Of a stretch of 64,000 bases of DNA, positions 40,203 through 49,479 are shown in pieces. Position 1 is the first letter of the stretch, and each line of letters begins with the position of its first letter. Source of the stretch: Rhodobacteraceae bacterium PARR1 (GTDB taxonomy: Bacteria; Pseudomonadota; Alphaproteobacteria; Rhodobacterales; Rhodobacteraceae). The translations under genes and the position numbers were made by a program. The stretch lies in NCBI GenBank assembly GCA_002256185.1, contig NKIT01000001.1, forward strand, positions 16,207-80,206, given 5' to 3'. The notes under the pieces were generated by a model. That model made no database searches, had not been told where the DNA came from, and saw only the letters and a list, made by a program, of their open reading frames with translations.

Positions 40203-40963
40203 CCTGCCGCTGCCGACATCAAGGCGTCACTCAGATAACTGTGGCGCATGTAATCGACGAAGTTCTGCTGGAACTGCCGCGTATGGGCATGGGCCAACTG
40301 GTCCGCCCGTTCCACATCGCGCTGACGGATGGCGTCGAGCATGTCGTCATGCTCATCGGTCAGCATCAAGCCACCCTGCCCCTTTTCCAGAAACTCAAAA
40401 TGCAGGTGCAACATGCGTCGGCCCTGATTGAGCAGACGGTCATAGAAGGCCGACAGGTAAGGGTTCCTCCCCGCATGGGCGATGGCCATGTGAAAGGCGC
40501 GGTTGGCCTCGGACATGGCCAGATGGTTGCGGGTTTTCACCGCCGCCACGAAATCACGCTGGCGTTTGGCGATGGTGGCCAGATCGGTTTCCGTCCGCAA
40601 TTCGGCGGCAAGACGGGTGTTCATGCGCTGCGCGATGTCCAAGGCCTCGACGTATTTCGGGAAACTCTGGATGTCGATCGGGGCCACGATGGTCGATCGA
40701 TTGGACAGCGTCACCACCAACTCTTCCCCCGCCAGCCGGATCAACGCCTCGCGCACTGGCGAGCGGGACATGCCAAAACGCTCCGCCAAAGTGGTTTCGT
40801 CCAGCAGCGCGCCGGGGGCCAGCGTCAGCGACAAAATCTCATCGCGCAGGGATTCATAGGCAAATCGCACGCCAAAACCCTTGGCGCGTTTGGGTTCCGC
40901 CTCGTCCGTCGCGGGACTGGCGTGCAAGGGAGCGGAGGGCAAGGCAACGGGCGGCTGCGGCAT
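40199..40963 (-). CDS. GntR-family (FCD domain) transcriptional regulator
   Basis: YESLRDEIL, MSRSPVREAL HTH, NRAFH, EH; start placed at ATG 40963. Confidence 0.9.
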   Translation of the reverse strand: MPQPPVALPSAPLHASPATDEAEPKRAKGFGVRFAYESLRDEILSLTLAPGALLDETTLAERFGMSRSPVREALIRLAGEELVVTLSNRSTIVAPIDIQSFPKYVEALDIAQRMNTRLAAELRTETDLATIAKRQRDFVAAVKTRNHLAMSEANRAFHMAIAHAGRNPYLSAFYDRLLNQGRRMLHLHFEFLEKGQGGLMLTDEHDDMLDAIRQRDVERADQLAHAHTRQFQQNFVDYMRHSYLSDALMSAAAG

Positions 40964-41011
40964 GGCTGTGCTTCCAACTGGGCGAAGATAGCCTAGCAAT
41001 ACCGTCCTTTC

Positions 41012-41060
41012 GTGTCGACACAGGATATTTTCCGTTTGACGTGTCGGCTGCGTGTCGGCA
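41012..41060. promoter_or_regulatory. Putative GntR operator
   Basis: Perfect palindrome GTGTCGACAC (41012-41021) plus GTGTCGGC half-sites at 41041 and 41052 in the divergent intergenic region. Confidence 0.55.
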
Positions 41061-41120
41061 AGGTGGCAGCAACGGCCCCCGCCCCTGCGGCGGGCGCGCT
41101 TCCTTTGCACAGGTGATCCC

Positions 41121-42005
41121 ATGCTGAAACTTCAGGGCGTGATGCCCGCCCTTGTGACGCCCTTTGATGCCGCCGGGGCCATCGACTTTACAGCCTTTGG
41201 CCGCCACATGACCGCCCTGCGTGCGGCAGGCGTGTCGGGCTGGGTGCCCTGCGGATCGTCGGGCGAGTATAACCTGATGACCGATGCTGAGCGTGACGCC
41301 GTGTTGGCCTTCGTCAAGGATTTCGCCCTGCCGGGAGAAACTCTGATCGCCGGGACCAACGCGCCCTCTACCGCTGGTGTCATCGCCAACACGGCGCGCG
41401 CCAAGGCGATGGGCTATCACGCGGTCCTTCTGGCCGTGCCGTTTTACACCAAGCCGACACAGGCCGAAATCATCCGCCATTTCAACGCGGTGACAGAGGC
41501 TGCGGATATGGATGTGGTGCTGTATTCTTACCCCGGCAAAGACGGGGTTGAGATCGGGTATGAGGCGCTGGATGCCCTCGCCGACAATCCGCGCATCATT
41601 GGGATCAAGGAATCCTCGGGTGTCATGCAGCGGGCGATTGGCATCTCCACCCGCTATGCGGGGCGGGTGCAACTGGTGTCAGGCTCTGACGATATCGCAT
41701 GGGATTTCATGCAGTGGGGCGCGGACAGTTGGATATGCGGTCCGGCCAACTGCATGGCCAAGCCTGTGTGTGAGATGGACGCTGCCTTCCGGGCGGGTGA
41801 CCATGCGCGCGCCAAGGCGATCATGACGGCGATTTGGCCCGCGATGAACGTGCTGGAGTCGGGCAAGTTCGTGCAGAAGCTGAAATATGGCTGTGAATTG
41901 CAGGGCAATCCGGTGGGCGAGTGCCGCCTGCCCTTTGGCCCGCTGACCGAACCTGAGAAGGCCGAATTCGCCGCCGCGATGCAGGTCGTGGTCGACTGGA
42001 GCTAA
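41121..42005 (+). CDS. DapA/NAL-family class I aldolase/deaminase
   Basis: PALVTPF, GSSGE, LYSYP, IGIKESSG (Schiff-base lysine), GSDD. Confidence 0.88.
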   Translation: MLKLQGVMPALVTPFDAAGAIDFTAFGRHMTALRAAGVSGWVPCGSSGEYNLMTDAERDAVLAFVKDFALPGETLIAGTNAPSTAGVIANTARAKAMGYHAVLLAVPFYTKPTQAEIIRHFNAVTEAADMDVVLYSYPGKDGVEIGYEALDALADNPRIIGIKESSGVMQRAIGISTRYAGRVQLVSGSDDIAWDFMQWGADSWICGPANCMAKPVCEMDAAFRAGDHARAKAIMTAIWPAMNVLESGKFVQKLKYGCELQGNPVGECRLPFGPLTEPEKAEFAAAMQVVVDWS

Positions 42006-42057
42006 GGGGGGGGGGCCAGCCCCCCGCACCCCCCGGGGTATTTGGGCCAAGATGAGG
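42006..42057 (-). repeat. GC-rich intergenic REP-like element, copy B
   Basis: Minus strand CCTCATCTTGGCCCAAATACCCCGGGGGGTGCGGGGGGCTGGCCCCCC shares the CAAATA(T/C)CC-GGGGG core and terminal G/C hairpin with copies A and C. Confidence 0.6.
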
Positions 42058-42083
42058 CGGGCAAAAAGGGCGGGGAGCAGAAC

Positions 42084-43316
42084 ATGACCACAGTCGTCAT
42101 CGGCGCAGGCATCATCGGCACGGCCATCGCGCATGATCTGCAAAAGCGCGGGCGGCAAGTGGTGCTCTTGGACCGCGATGCACCGGGACGGGGGGCGTCT
42201 TTCGGCAACATGGCCTCGATTGCCGTGACCGAATTCATGCCCGCCTCGCGCCCCGCGATCTGGCGGCAGATCCCCGGCTGGATGCTGGACCCCGAAGGCC
42301 CGGTGCGGGTGCGCCCGTCCTATATGCCCAAGCTGGTGCCGTGGTTTTTTCGCTTCATCGCGGCCTCGCGCCCCGCCAAGCTGCGCGCGTTGGAGGCGCA
42401 GGGCGCGGCGCTTTGTGCGCGGTCCTTGGGTGACACGCTGGACCTGCTGCGTGAGACAGGGCTTTCGGATCAGATCAGCGATGAAGGCTGTCTTTCGCTT
42501 TACACCGATGAGGCAGAGTTCAAAGCCGACCGCGACCATATCGAAATCCTTGAACGCTTCGGGTTCGCGCATGAGGTGATCGGTCGCCAAGCCATCCGCG
42601 CTTTGGAGCCGGAACTGTCCGACAAGATCGGCCTTGCGGTGCTGTTTCCGAACAATCGGTCGATGAAAGACCCCTACCGGCTGGTGCTGGCCTTGGCCGA
42701 CCGTTTCACTGCCCTTGGCGGGCGGATCGAACGCGGCGAGGTGGTGGGGTTTCAGCGCAATGACCGCATCCGCGAGGTCGTGCTGAAAGACGGTCGCCAT
42801 CTGGCGGCGGATGAGGTGGTGATCTGCGCCGGGGCCTTTAGCGCCACACTCGCCAAGGATTTGGGCGAGCCGATCCCGCTGGAGACCGAGCGCGGCTATC
42901 ACACGCAAATCATGGCCCCCGGCCTGTCGATGAAACATTCGATCATCTGGCCCGCCCGCGCCTTTATGGTCACCCCCACCGCAGGCGGCATCCGCGTCGG
43001 CGGCACGGTTGAGATGGCGGGTCTGAACGCCGCCCCCGATTACCGCCGCAGCAAAGTGACGGTCAAGCGCGCCAAGGAAGCCCTGCCCAACTTGCAGGTT
43101 GAAGAGGCCAGCGAATGGATGGGCCACCGGCCCGCCCTGCCCGATACGGTGCCGATCCTGTCGGCTTCTGCCCGCACGAAGGGGGTTTTCTATGCCACCG
43201 GACACGGCCATCTTGGCCTGACCTATGCCGCCACCACGGCGCGGCTGATGGGGGAGTTGATCACCGGGGAAAAGCCCTCGCTTGACCTGCACCCCTACCG
43301 CATCGACCGTTTCTGA
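42084..43316 (+). CDS. FAD-dependent D-amino-acid dehydrogenase/oxidase (DadA/DAO family)
   Basis: VIGAGIIG, GASFGN, ERGYH, GGTVE, WMGHRPALPD, GHGHLGLT; ATG 42084. Confidence 0.9.
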   Translation: MTTVVIGAGIIGTAIAHDLQKRGRQVVLLDRDAPGRGASFGNMASIAVTEFMPASRPAIWRQIPGWMLDPEGPVRVRPSYMPKLVPWFFRFIAASRPAKLRALEAQGAALCARSLGDTLDLLRETGLSDQISDEGCLSLYTDEAEFKADRDHIEILERFGFAHEVIGRQAIRALEPELSDKIGLAVLFPNNRSMKDPYRLVLALADRFTALGGRIERGEVVGFQRNDRIREVVLKDGRHLAADEVVICAGAFSATLAKDLGEPIPLETERGYHTQIMAPGLSMKHSIIWPARAFMVTPTAGGIRVGGTVEMAGLNAAPDYRRSKVTVKRAKEALPNLQVEEASEWMGHRPALPDTVPILSASARTKGVFYATGHGHLGLTYAATTARLMGELITGEKPSLDLHPYRIDRF

Positions 43317-43326
43317 AAGGACCGCC

Positions 43327-44343
43327 ATGCGCTTTGCCCGCACCCTGCAAACCGTCGATGTCCATTGCGCGGGCGAGATTGGGCGCGTGATCACCGGGGG
43401 CGTCTTGAACATCCCCGGTGCGACGATGGCCGAGAAACTGCTGCACCTGAACACGGTGGATGACAGCTTGCGCCGTTGGCTGTGTTCGGAACCGCGCTCT
43501 GGCCCTGCCGGGTCGTTCTGCCTGCTGCTGCCGGCCTGTGATCCGGCGGCGGATGTGGGCTTGATCGTGCTGCAACCCGATCAGGCGCATGCGATGTCAG
43601 GCTCAAACGCCATGTGCGCGACGACGGCGCTGCTGGAAACCGGGATGATCCCGATGGTGGAACCCCTCAGCGTGGTGACATTCGACACCGCCGCCGGGTT
43701 GGTGAAGGCCACGGCCACCTGTCAGGGCGGCAAGGTGGTCAAGGTCACGCTGGACATGCCGCCGTCTTTCGTCACGCGTCAGGATGCGGTGATCGAGACG
43801 GCGGACTGGGGGGCGCTGCGCTACGATCTGTGCTTTGGCGGGGTGTTCTATGCACTGGTCGATGTCGATCAGATCGGCCTGACGATCACGCCAGAGAACG
43901 CGCGGGCCTTGGCGATGACCGGGGTGGACCTTCGCAACCGCATCGCGGCGGTGGAGCCTGCTTTGCACCCCACGACGCCCGCGCTGCACGGTCTGGCCTA
44001 TGTCATGTTCCGTGCGCGCGAAGCGGATGGGTCTTTGCGCACTTGCACCACCTTGCGTCCCGGTCGGGTGGATCGTTCGCCCTGTGGGACGGGGTCGAAT
44101 TCCAACATGGCCTCGGCCCATGCGCGGGGAAAGGTCAGGCCGGGGGATGTGGTGACGTCCCGGTCGATCATCGGAGGGGAGTTTGTGACCGAGTTTGTCG
44201 CGGAAACCACCGTCGGCCCTTATCCGGCCACGCAAAACCGCATCTCAGGGCAGGCGTGGATTTACGGGATCAGTCAGATTGGATTGGACCCGAGCGACCC
44301 GTTCCCATTGGGGTTCACGCTGTCGGATACTTGGGGAAGTTGA
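43327..44343 (+). CDS. Proline racemase superfamily protein with a Ser/Cys catalytic pair
   Basis: DVHCAGEIGRVI, EPR, MSGSN (in place of MCGH), GGVFYA, DRSPCGTG, DPFPLGF. Confidence 0.9.
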   Translation: MRFARTLQTVDVHCAGEIGRVITGGVLNIPGATMAEKLLHLNTVDDSLRRWLCSEPRSGPAGSFCLLLPACDPAADVGLIVLQPDQAHAMSGSNAMCATTALLETGMIPMVEPLSVVTFDTAAGLVKATATCQGGKVVKVTLDMPPSFVTRQDAVIETADWGALRYDLCFGGVFYALVDVDQIGLTITPENARALAMTGVDLRNRIAAVEPALHPTTPALHGLAYVMFRAREADGSLRTCTTLRPGRVDRSPCGTGSNSNMASAHARGKVRPGDVVTSRSIIGGEFVTEFVAETTVGPYPATQNRISGQAWIYGISQIGLDPSDPFPLGFTLSDTWGS

Positions 44344-44355
44344 GGGGGGGGGAAG

Positions 44356-45111
44356 GTGATGCCGGTGCTTCAAAGCCAGACCATCTTGGTGACCGGGGCA
44401 ACCGGGGCGATCGGGCGGGCGATCTGCCTTGCCTTGGCGCAGGACGGGGCACGGGTGCTGATCCATTTCAGCCGCAACCGCGCGGCGGCGGAGGGTCTCT
44501 TGGCCGATATCAACGGCAAAGGCGCAATCCTCTGCGCCGATCTGTCAGACCCCGCAGCACCAGAACAGCTTTGGGCCGATACCATGGCCCATGGTCCGGT
44601 CACTGGCCTTGTCAACAACGCAGGCATCCGGTCGGAAGTCTCTATCGACGCCGCCATGCCCGATTGGCAATCCGTCTGGGAACGGGAGTTTCGGGTGAAT
44701 GTCTTGGCCGCCGCAGATCTGACCAAATGCGCGATCCAAACCTTTCGCGGGCAAGGCGGCGGGCGGATCGTCAACATGGCCAGCCGGGCGGGGCAGCGGG
44801 GCTATACCTCAAGCTCAATGGCTTATGGGGCATCGAAAGCCGCCCTCATCAACCTGACCAAATCCGTCGCGCAATCGCATGGGGCCGAAGGGATCACCGC
44901 CATCGCCCTCGCCCCCGGTTGGGTGCGGACGGAAATGGCGGATAGCTACATCGCCCAGCACGGTGAGGCGGCGGCACTGGCGGGCATCCCTATCGGACGG
45001 ATGGCAAGCCCGCAGGAGATCGGGGAATTGACCGCCTTTCTGTTTCGTCCGACACAGGTGTCGATGAACGGGGCGGTTCTGGATGTGAACGGCGGCAGCT
45101 ATCTGCGCTAA
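44356..45111 (+). CDS. Short-chain dehydrogenase/reductase
   Basis: TGATGAIG, VNNAG, YGASK, LAPGWV.T, DVNGG. Confidence 0.9.
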   Translation: MMPVLQSQTILVTGATGAIGRAICLALAQDGARVLIHFSRNRAAAEGLLADINGKGAILCADLSDPAAPEQLWADTMAHGPVTGLVNNAGIRSEVSIDAAMPDWQSVWEREFRVNVLAAADLTKCAIQTFRGQGGGRIVNMASRAGQRGYTSSSMAYGASKAALINLTKSVAQSHGAEGITAIALAPGWVRTEMADSYIAQHGEAAALAGIPIGRMASPQEIGELTAFLFRPTQVSMNGAVLDVNGGSYLR

Positions 45112-45121
45112 GGGGGTGACC

Positions 45122-45874
45122 ATGCGTTTCCAAGACAAAACAGTGATCGTGACAGGCGGCGCAGGCGGCATCGGGGCGGCGATTGCCACCCGCTTTGCGT
45201 CCGAAGGCGCGCAGGTGATCGTCACCGACATGCTGGCCGAAGGGGCAGAGGCCGTGGCCGACGCCATCCGCGCCACAGGGGGCCGCGCCCGCGCCTTTGC
45301 CGCCGATATCTCCACCGCCGACGGGTGTCAGTCCATCGTTGCCAATACGATGGCGACAGAGGGGCGGATTGATGTCTTGTGCAACAACGCCGGGCTGATG
45401 CGGCGCGGAAACATCCTGTCGATCACGGCAGATGATTGGCGCCTGTCCTTTGCCGTCAACATCGACGCGATGTTCCATACCTGCGCCGCAGCACTGCCCC
45501 ACATGATCGCGGCGGGGGGTGGGGCGATTGTCAACACCGCCTCGCAATGGGGGCTGCATCCGGCACCCAACCACATCGCCTATAACGTCACCAAAGCGGC
45601 GGTGGCGAGCTTTACCCAAAACCTTGGCCGCGATTACGCCCCGCACAAGATCCGCGTCAACGCGGTCTGCCCGGGCGAGATTCACACCGCCATGCTGGAA
45701 TCCGGCGTGAAACGGTCGGGCCGCACCATGGCCGATCTGGACAAACTGGTGCCCTATGGCCGGGTCGGCAAACCCGAAGAGGTGGCCGCCTTGGTGGCCT
45801 TCCTTGCCAGCGACGAGGCCGCCTTCATGTGCGGATCGCTGGTGGAAATCACCGGGGCGCAGGCGGTGGCCTGA
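45122..45874 (+). CDS. Short-chain dehydrogenase/reductase
   Basis: TGGAGGIG, NNAG, YNVTK, RVNAVCPG. Confidence 0.9.
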   Translation: MRFQDKTVIVTGGAGGIGAAIATRFASEGAQVIVTDMLAEGAEAVADAIRATGGRARAFAADISTADGCQSIVANTMATEGRIDVLCNNAGLMRRGNILSITADDWRLSFAVNIDAMFHTCAAALPHMIAAGGGAIVNTASQWGLHPAPNHIAYNVTKAAVASFTQNLGRDYAPHKIRVNAVCPGEIHTAMLESGVKRSGRTMADLDKLVPYGRVGKPEEVAALVAFLASDEAAFMCGSLVEITGAQAVA

Positions 45875-45896
45875 CCCATCGGCACGGGGGCCGCGA

Positions 45897-46826
45897 TCAC
45901 GCCGCTTGCGATAGATCGGTCGCCTCTGCCTCGAACCTTGCGCGGGCGATGCCGTAGCGCCAGCGTTGGCCCGTGCTTTCGACGCGGCTTTGATAGAACA
46001 GCGTCAGATCGGCCCCATCGACCATGACGGTGGAATGCCCGTTTTCGCCCACACCATCGGGCATCAGCACGGGGCCAAGGCTGCGATACGGCCCCTCTAC
46101 CCGGTCGGCGATGGCAAAGAACACGCGCTGTCGGGTGCCGCGCTGGCCTTCGGGCAGGAAACAGGTGGCGTTCAGCATCACCCGCCCATCGGGCAGTTCC
46201 ACCAGTTGCGGACCCTCAAGCCCCCATTCGTAATCGGCGTGGTCCTTGGCGTTGTGATGGGGGATGTCCTCATGCCCCAAGATACGCCCCATGCGATGCC
46301 AAGGGCCGAACCAAGTGTTGGACAGGCTGCGGGCCAGGAACACCTCGGGCTGCGGAACGCGGTCAAAGGCGGGCATGGCGGAATAGACGATGTATTTCTG
46401 CCCGCCGATCACCGCCGGGTGCGGGTCATAGATGCCATGCTCGTCGGTGCCTTCAAGCGCGGCAAAGGCGGATGGCAGGGCCACCCATGTAAAGCCGTCG
46501 TTCGACACCAGATGTTCGCAGCGCCCGCCTGAGAGCATGAATTCTGTCTGGATATACATGTGGAACACCCCGCCTTCGTGCACCACGCCGGGGGCGGCGA
46601 CACCCGATCCGCTGACCGGCAACAGGATCAGCGGTTCCTGTTGCCAAGGCCCCTCAAGTGCCGGGGCGGTGGCGTGGTAGACCAGCCAAGTTTCCGACGT
46701 CACCGTGCCACCCGATCCGAAAATGTGCCAACGCACACCATCCCAGACCGGGCACGGGTCCTTCACATCATCCAATCCCTGCGGTTGGAACAGCGGAAAG
46801 CGGTTTTCGGCGACTGTCAGTCTCAT
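45897..46826 (-). CDS. Five-bladed beta-propeller glycoside hydrolase-like protein (GH32/43/130-like)
   Basis: KDPCPV, APGVV, IYDPH, LEGPQL and GPW/GPY blade motifs; no signal peptide; ATG 46826. Confidence 0.65.
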   Translation of the reverse strand: MRLTVAENRFPLFQPQGLDDVKDPCPVWDGVRWHIFGSGGTVTSETWLVYHATAPALEGPWQQEPLILLPVSGSGVAAPGVVHEGGVFHMYIQTEFMLSGGRCEHLVSNDGFTWVALPSAFAALEGTDEHGIYDPHPAVIGGQKYIVYSAMPAFDRVPQPEVFLARSLSNTWFGPWHRMGRILGHEDIPHHNAKDHADYEWGLEGPQLVELPDGRVMLNATCFLPEGQRGTRQRVFFAIADRVEGPYRSLGPVLMPDGVGENGHSTVMVDGADLTLFYQSRVESTGQRWRYGIARARFEAEATDLSQAA

Positions 46827-46977
46827 GGCGCTGCCCCCCGGAATACCCGGCCCTTGGATGTGCGACGTGCTCTGCGCCGCTCGGCAGTTGTCGCACAACC
46901 CAAGCGTGAGTCTCAATGCTCCCAAGGGATGGGACGGGGCATCTTTCCGCAGGGGTGACCGCAAAGACGCACGCCGG

Positions 46978-48531
46978 CTAGTCCACGGTGAAATGCAACG
47001 TCACGTGCAACCCGCCGACGCTGTCGCGCACCAGATTTCCGCCGATCTGATCGACCAAGGCATCAATGATGGCGCTGCCAGACCGGCGCGAGACGCTGCG
47101 CCCCAACCCGATGCCATCATCGCGGATGTCCAGACGCACGCCGCCCGCCTCGCGTTGCAAGCGCAGATGGATCACACCGCCTTTGCCCACCGGAAATGCA
47201 TGTTTGACAGCGTTTGTCATCAGTTCTGCCGCAATGACCGCCAGCGGCGTGATCCGGTCTGGGCCAAGCAGGATGCCGGGCTGAAGGTCGGTCTTGACGG
47301 TGATGCCGCTTTCCTGCGGCACCACGGCCGGGCTTGCGGCGATGTCGGCCAGCATGGCGGCGAAATCGACATGCACCGCATCCTTGGACTGATACATCAG
47401 ATCGTGCACATGGCTGATCGCACCGATCCGGGCCTTGAGCGCATCGGCATCCAGACCCTTGTCGCCGCGCACCTGCAGGTTGATCAATGACACCACCAAG
47501 GCCAGGTTGTTCTTCACGCGATGGTTGGTTTCGCGCATCAGATGGATGCGCTGATCGGCCAGACGTTCCGCAGCCTCGGCCCGTTCGCGGATTTTCTCGC
47601 GCGCGAAACGGTCTTCCAGCGCGCGTCCGATGCGGTGCACCGTGGCCCACAAAAACACCCCCATCAACGCAAACAGCGCCAGAACCGGCGCGCCCTGACG
47701 GGCAAAGTCGCGCCAGACCAGCGCCTTTGGCACACCGAAATTGGCAAAGACCGGCAAACCACGGCCCCAGCGAAACCCGTAGATGCGGGTCACACCATCC
47801 GTGACTGCCGTTGTCTGGAAAGCACCAAATTCACTGCGCTGCGGCAGAATGCGGCCCGCCGCGGTTTCGGGCAGCATCGTCGGGGGGGCATCAAAGTTCC
47901 GCATCAACAGCATGCCGTCCTTTCGCGCCAGCGAAGCTGCCTCACCCTGACCGTCACGCACGGCGATGTCTTGCAGGAAACCTTGCAGCACCTTGGTGTC
48001 CACGATCGACAGGGCGATGGCCCGGCCCAGCGGGATCGTGATCGGCGATGAGATCAGGATCACATCCTGCGTGTCAGACACCTCGCGCCCGATCCACATC
48101 GCCTCACCCGAGGCCAGCGCGACACGGTGCTCGGACGGCAGCGCGCTTTCGATCACACCCGCCCGGGTCTCTATCCGGCTGTCAGACAGCACAATGCCCG
48201 CGAGTGACAGCACCTGTGTCCGGATAAGCGACGGTTGGGCCGCGACGAGGGCCGCCAGAAAACTCTGGCATTCGGACGAGGCGACAAATTCCGCAGGCTC
48301 GGTCGCAAAGCGGGCGGCGATGGCCCGATGCAGAACAAGCTGGGTTTCGATCTGGCTTTCGACATGCTGCGCGATCAGTTGCGATTGCAACAGAACATGT
48401 TGCCGTGTGGCATCCAGCGCGTCGCGATACAAAAGCCCCCCCCAGATCAGCGAAGCGATCAGGGGAAAGACGAAACTGCCAACGCGCAGAATCCGCAGCG
48501 CCTTGGACACGGTGACGCCCGTTGCTTTCAT
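46978..48531 (-). CDS. Membrane sensor histidine kinase (HisKA_2/HWE-type H-box)
   Basis: Two TMs flanking a periplasmic Cache-like region (DGVTRIYG), ETNHRVKNNL, ELMTNAVKHAF, DDGIG. Confidence 0.9.
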   Translation of the reverse strand: MKATGVTVSKALRILRVGSFVFPLIASLIWGGLLYRDALDATRQHVLLQSQLIAQHVESQIETQLVLHRAIAARFATEPAEFVASSECQSFLAALVAAQPSLIRTQVLSLAGIVLSDSRIETRAGVIESALPSEHRVALASGEAMWIGREVSDTQDVILISSPITIPLGRAIALSIVDTKVLQGFLQDIAVRDGQGEAASLARKDGMLLMRNFDAPPTMLPETAAGRILPQRSEFGAFQTTAVTDGVTRIYGFRWGRGLPVFANFGVPKALVWRDFARQGAPVLALFALMGVFLWATVHRIGRALEDRFAREKIRERAEAAERLADQRIHLMRETNHRVKNNLALVVSLINLQVRGDKGLDADALKARIGAISHVHDLMYQSKDAVHVDFAAMLADIAASPAVVPQESGITVKTDLQPGILLGPDRITPLAVIAAELMTNAVKHAFPVGKGGVIHLRLQREAGGVRLDIRDDGIGLGRSVSRRSGSAIIDALVDQIGGNLVRDSVGGLHVTLHFTVD

Positions 48532-48636
48532 GGACTATCCGACGTTGATGCAAAGAGACTGTCACAATATGTCATCAGCATCTGTTGATCATGCTGAAAA
48601 GCAAGCAAAATCTATAGGGTGGTCCGACCCGCAGGA

Positions 48637-49398
48637 TCAGGTCTCATAGGGCCAGGGGGCCTGCGAAAAGACACCGCCATCCACCCACAGGGTCTGCCCC
48701 GTCACGAATGACGCGGCGGCTGAGCAGAAGAACAGCACCACATCCGCAATATCCTGTGGCGTGCCCACCCTGCGCAGGGGCGTGATCTTGGACCATGTGC
48801 CTGCGTAATCGCCCGCCTCGGTCGCGGTGCGTTCGGTGGCGATGGCACCGGGGGCCACGCAATTGACGCGGATGCCCATCGGCCCCAGTTCCACCGCGGC
48901 GGATTTGGTGAATTGCTCGATCCCGCCCTTCGACGCGGTGTAGTCGACCAACCGGGGGAAGGCCACCTTGTTGCAACCCGACCCCAGATTGATGATGGAC
49001 CCGCCTTGCCCACCGGCTGCCATCAGGCGGCCTGCGGCTTGGGTGTTCAGAAACGTGCCGCGCAGATTGGTACGGATCACGCGGTCCCAGTCATCCACCG
49101 ACAGATCGAGCAAGCCCGACCACGTCTGAATGCCCGCATTGTTGACCAGCACCAAAGGTGCCGCCCCGGCCCAATCAGCCGCACGGGCATGAAAAGCGGT
49201 GACCTGATCGGCGTCACCTGCGTCCACTTCTGCTGTCAGACAGCGGCGGCCCAAGGCCTGCACCTGCGCTGCAACCTCATCCGCGAGGGCCGCGCTGCCG
49301 ATATGGGTCAGCGCCACATCATGTCCCGCCCCGGCCAGCGCGGTCACAAGATGCCGCCCGATGGCCGAAGTCCCTGCCGTCACGATTGCCAAAGCCAT
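48637..49398 (-). CDS. Short-chain dehydrogenase/reductase
   Basis: TAGTSAIG, VNNAG, YTASK, RVNCVAPG, TGQTLWVDGG. Confidence 0.88.
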   Translation of the reverse strand: MALAIVTAGTSAIGRHLVTALAGAGHDVALTHIGSAALADEVAAQVQALGRRCLTAEVDAGDADQVTAFHARAADWAGAAPLVLVNNAGIQTWSGLLDLSVDDWDRVIRTNLRGTFLNTQAAGRLMAAGGQGGSIINLGSGCNKVAFPRLVDYTASKGGIEQFTKSAAVELGPMGIRVNCVAPGAIATERTATEAGDYAGTWSKITPLRRVGTPQDIADVVLFFCSAAASFVTGQTLWVDGGVFSQAPWPYET

Positions 49399-49479
49399 CT
49401 CTGCCCCCGCCTTGCCCCGCAAGTATGGTTTAGGGCCGACACGCGCCCTGTGCCAGCCCCAAGCGATGCAGAATCGCGC

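Noticed and set aside
41121..42005. Housekeeping dapA (lysine biosynthesis)
   Set aside because: GSSGE motif and catabolic operon context indicate a DapA-like paralogue
41679..44945. ORFs 41679-43454 (-) and 43614-44945 (+)
   Set aside because: Antisense or alternative-frame shadows of the dehydrogenase, racemase and SDR genes
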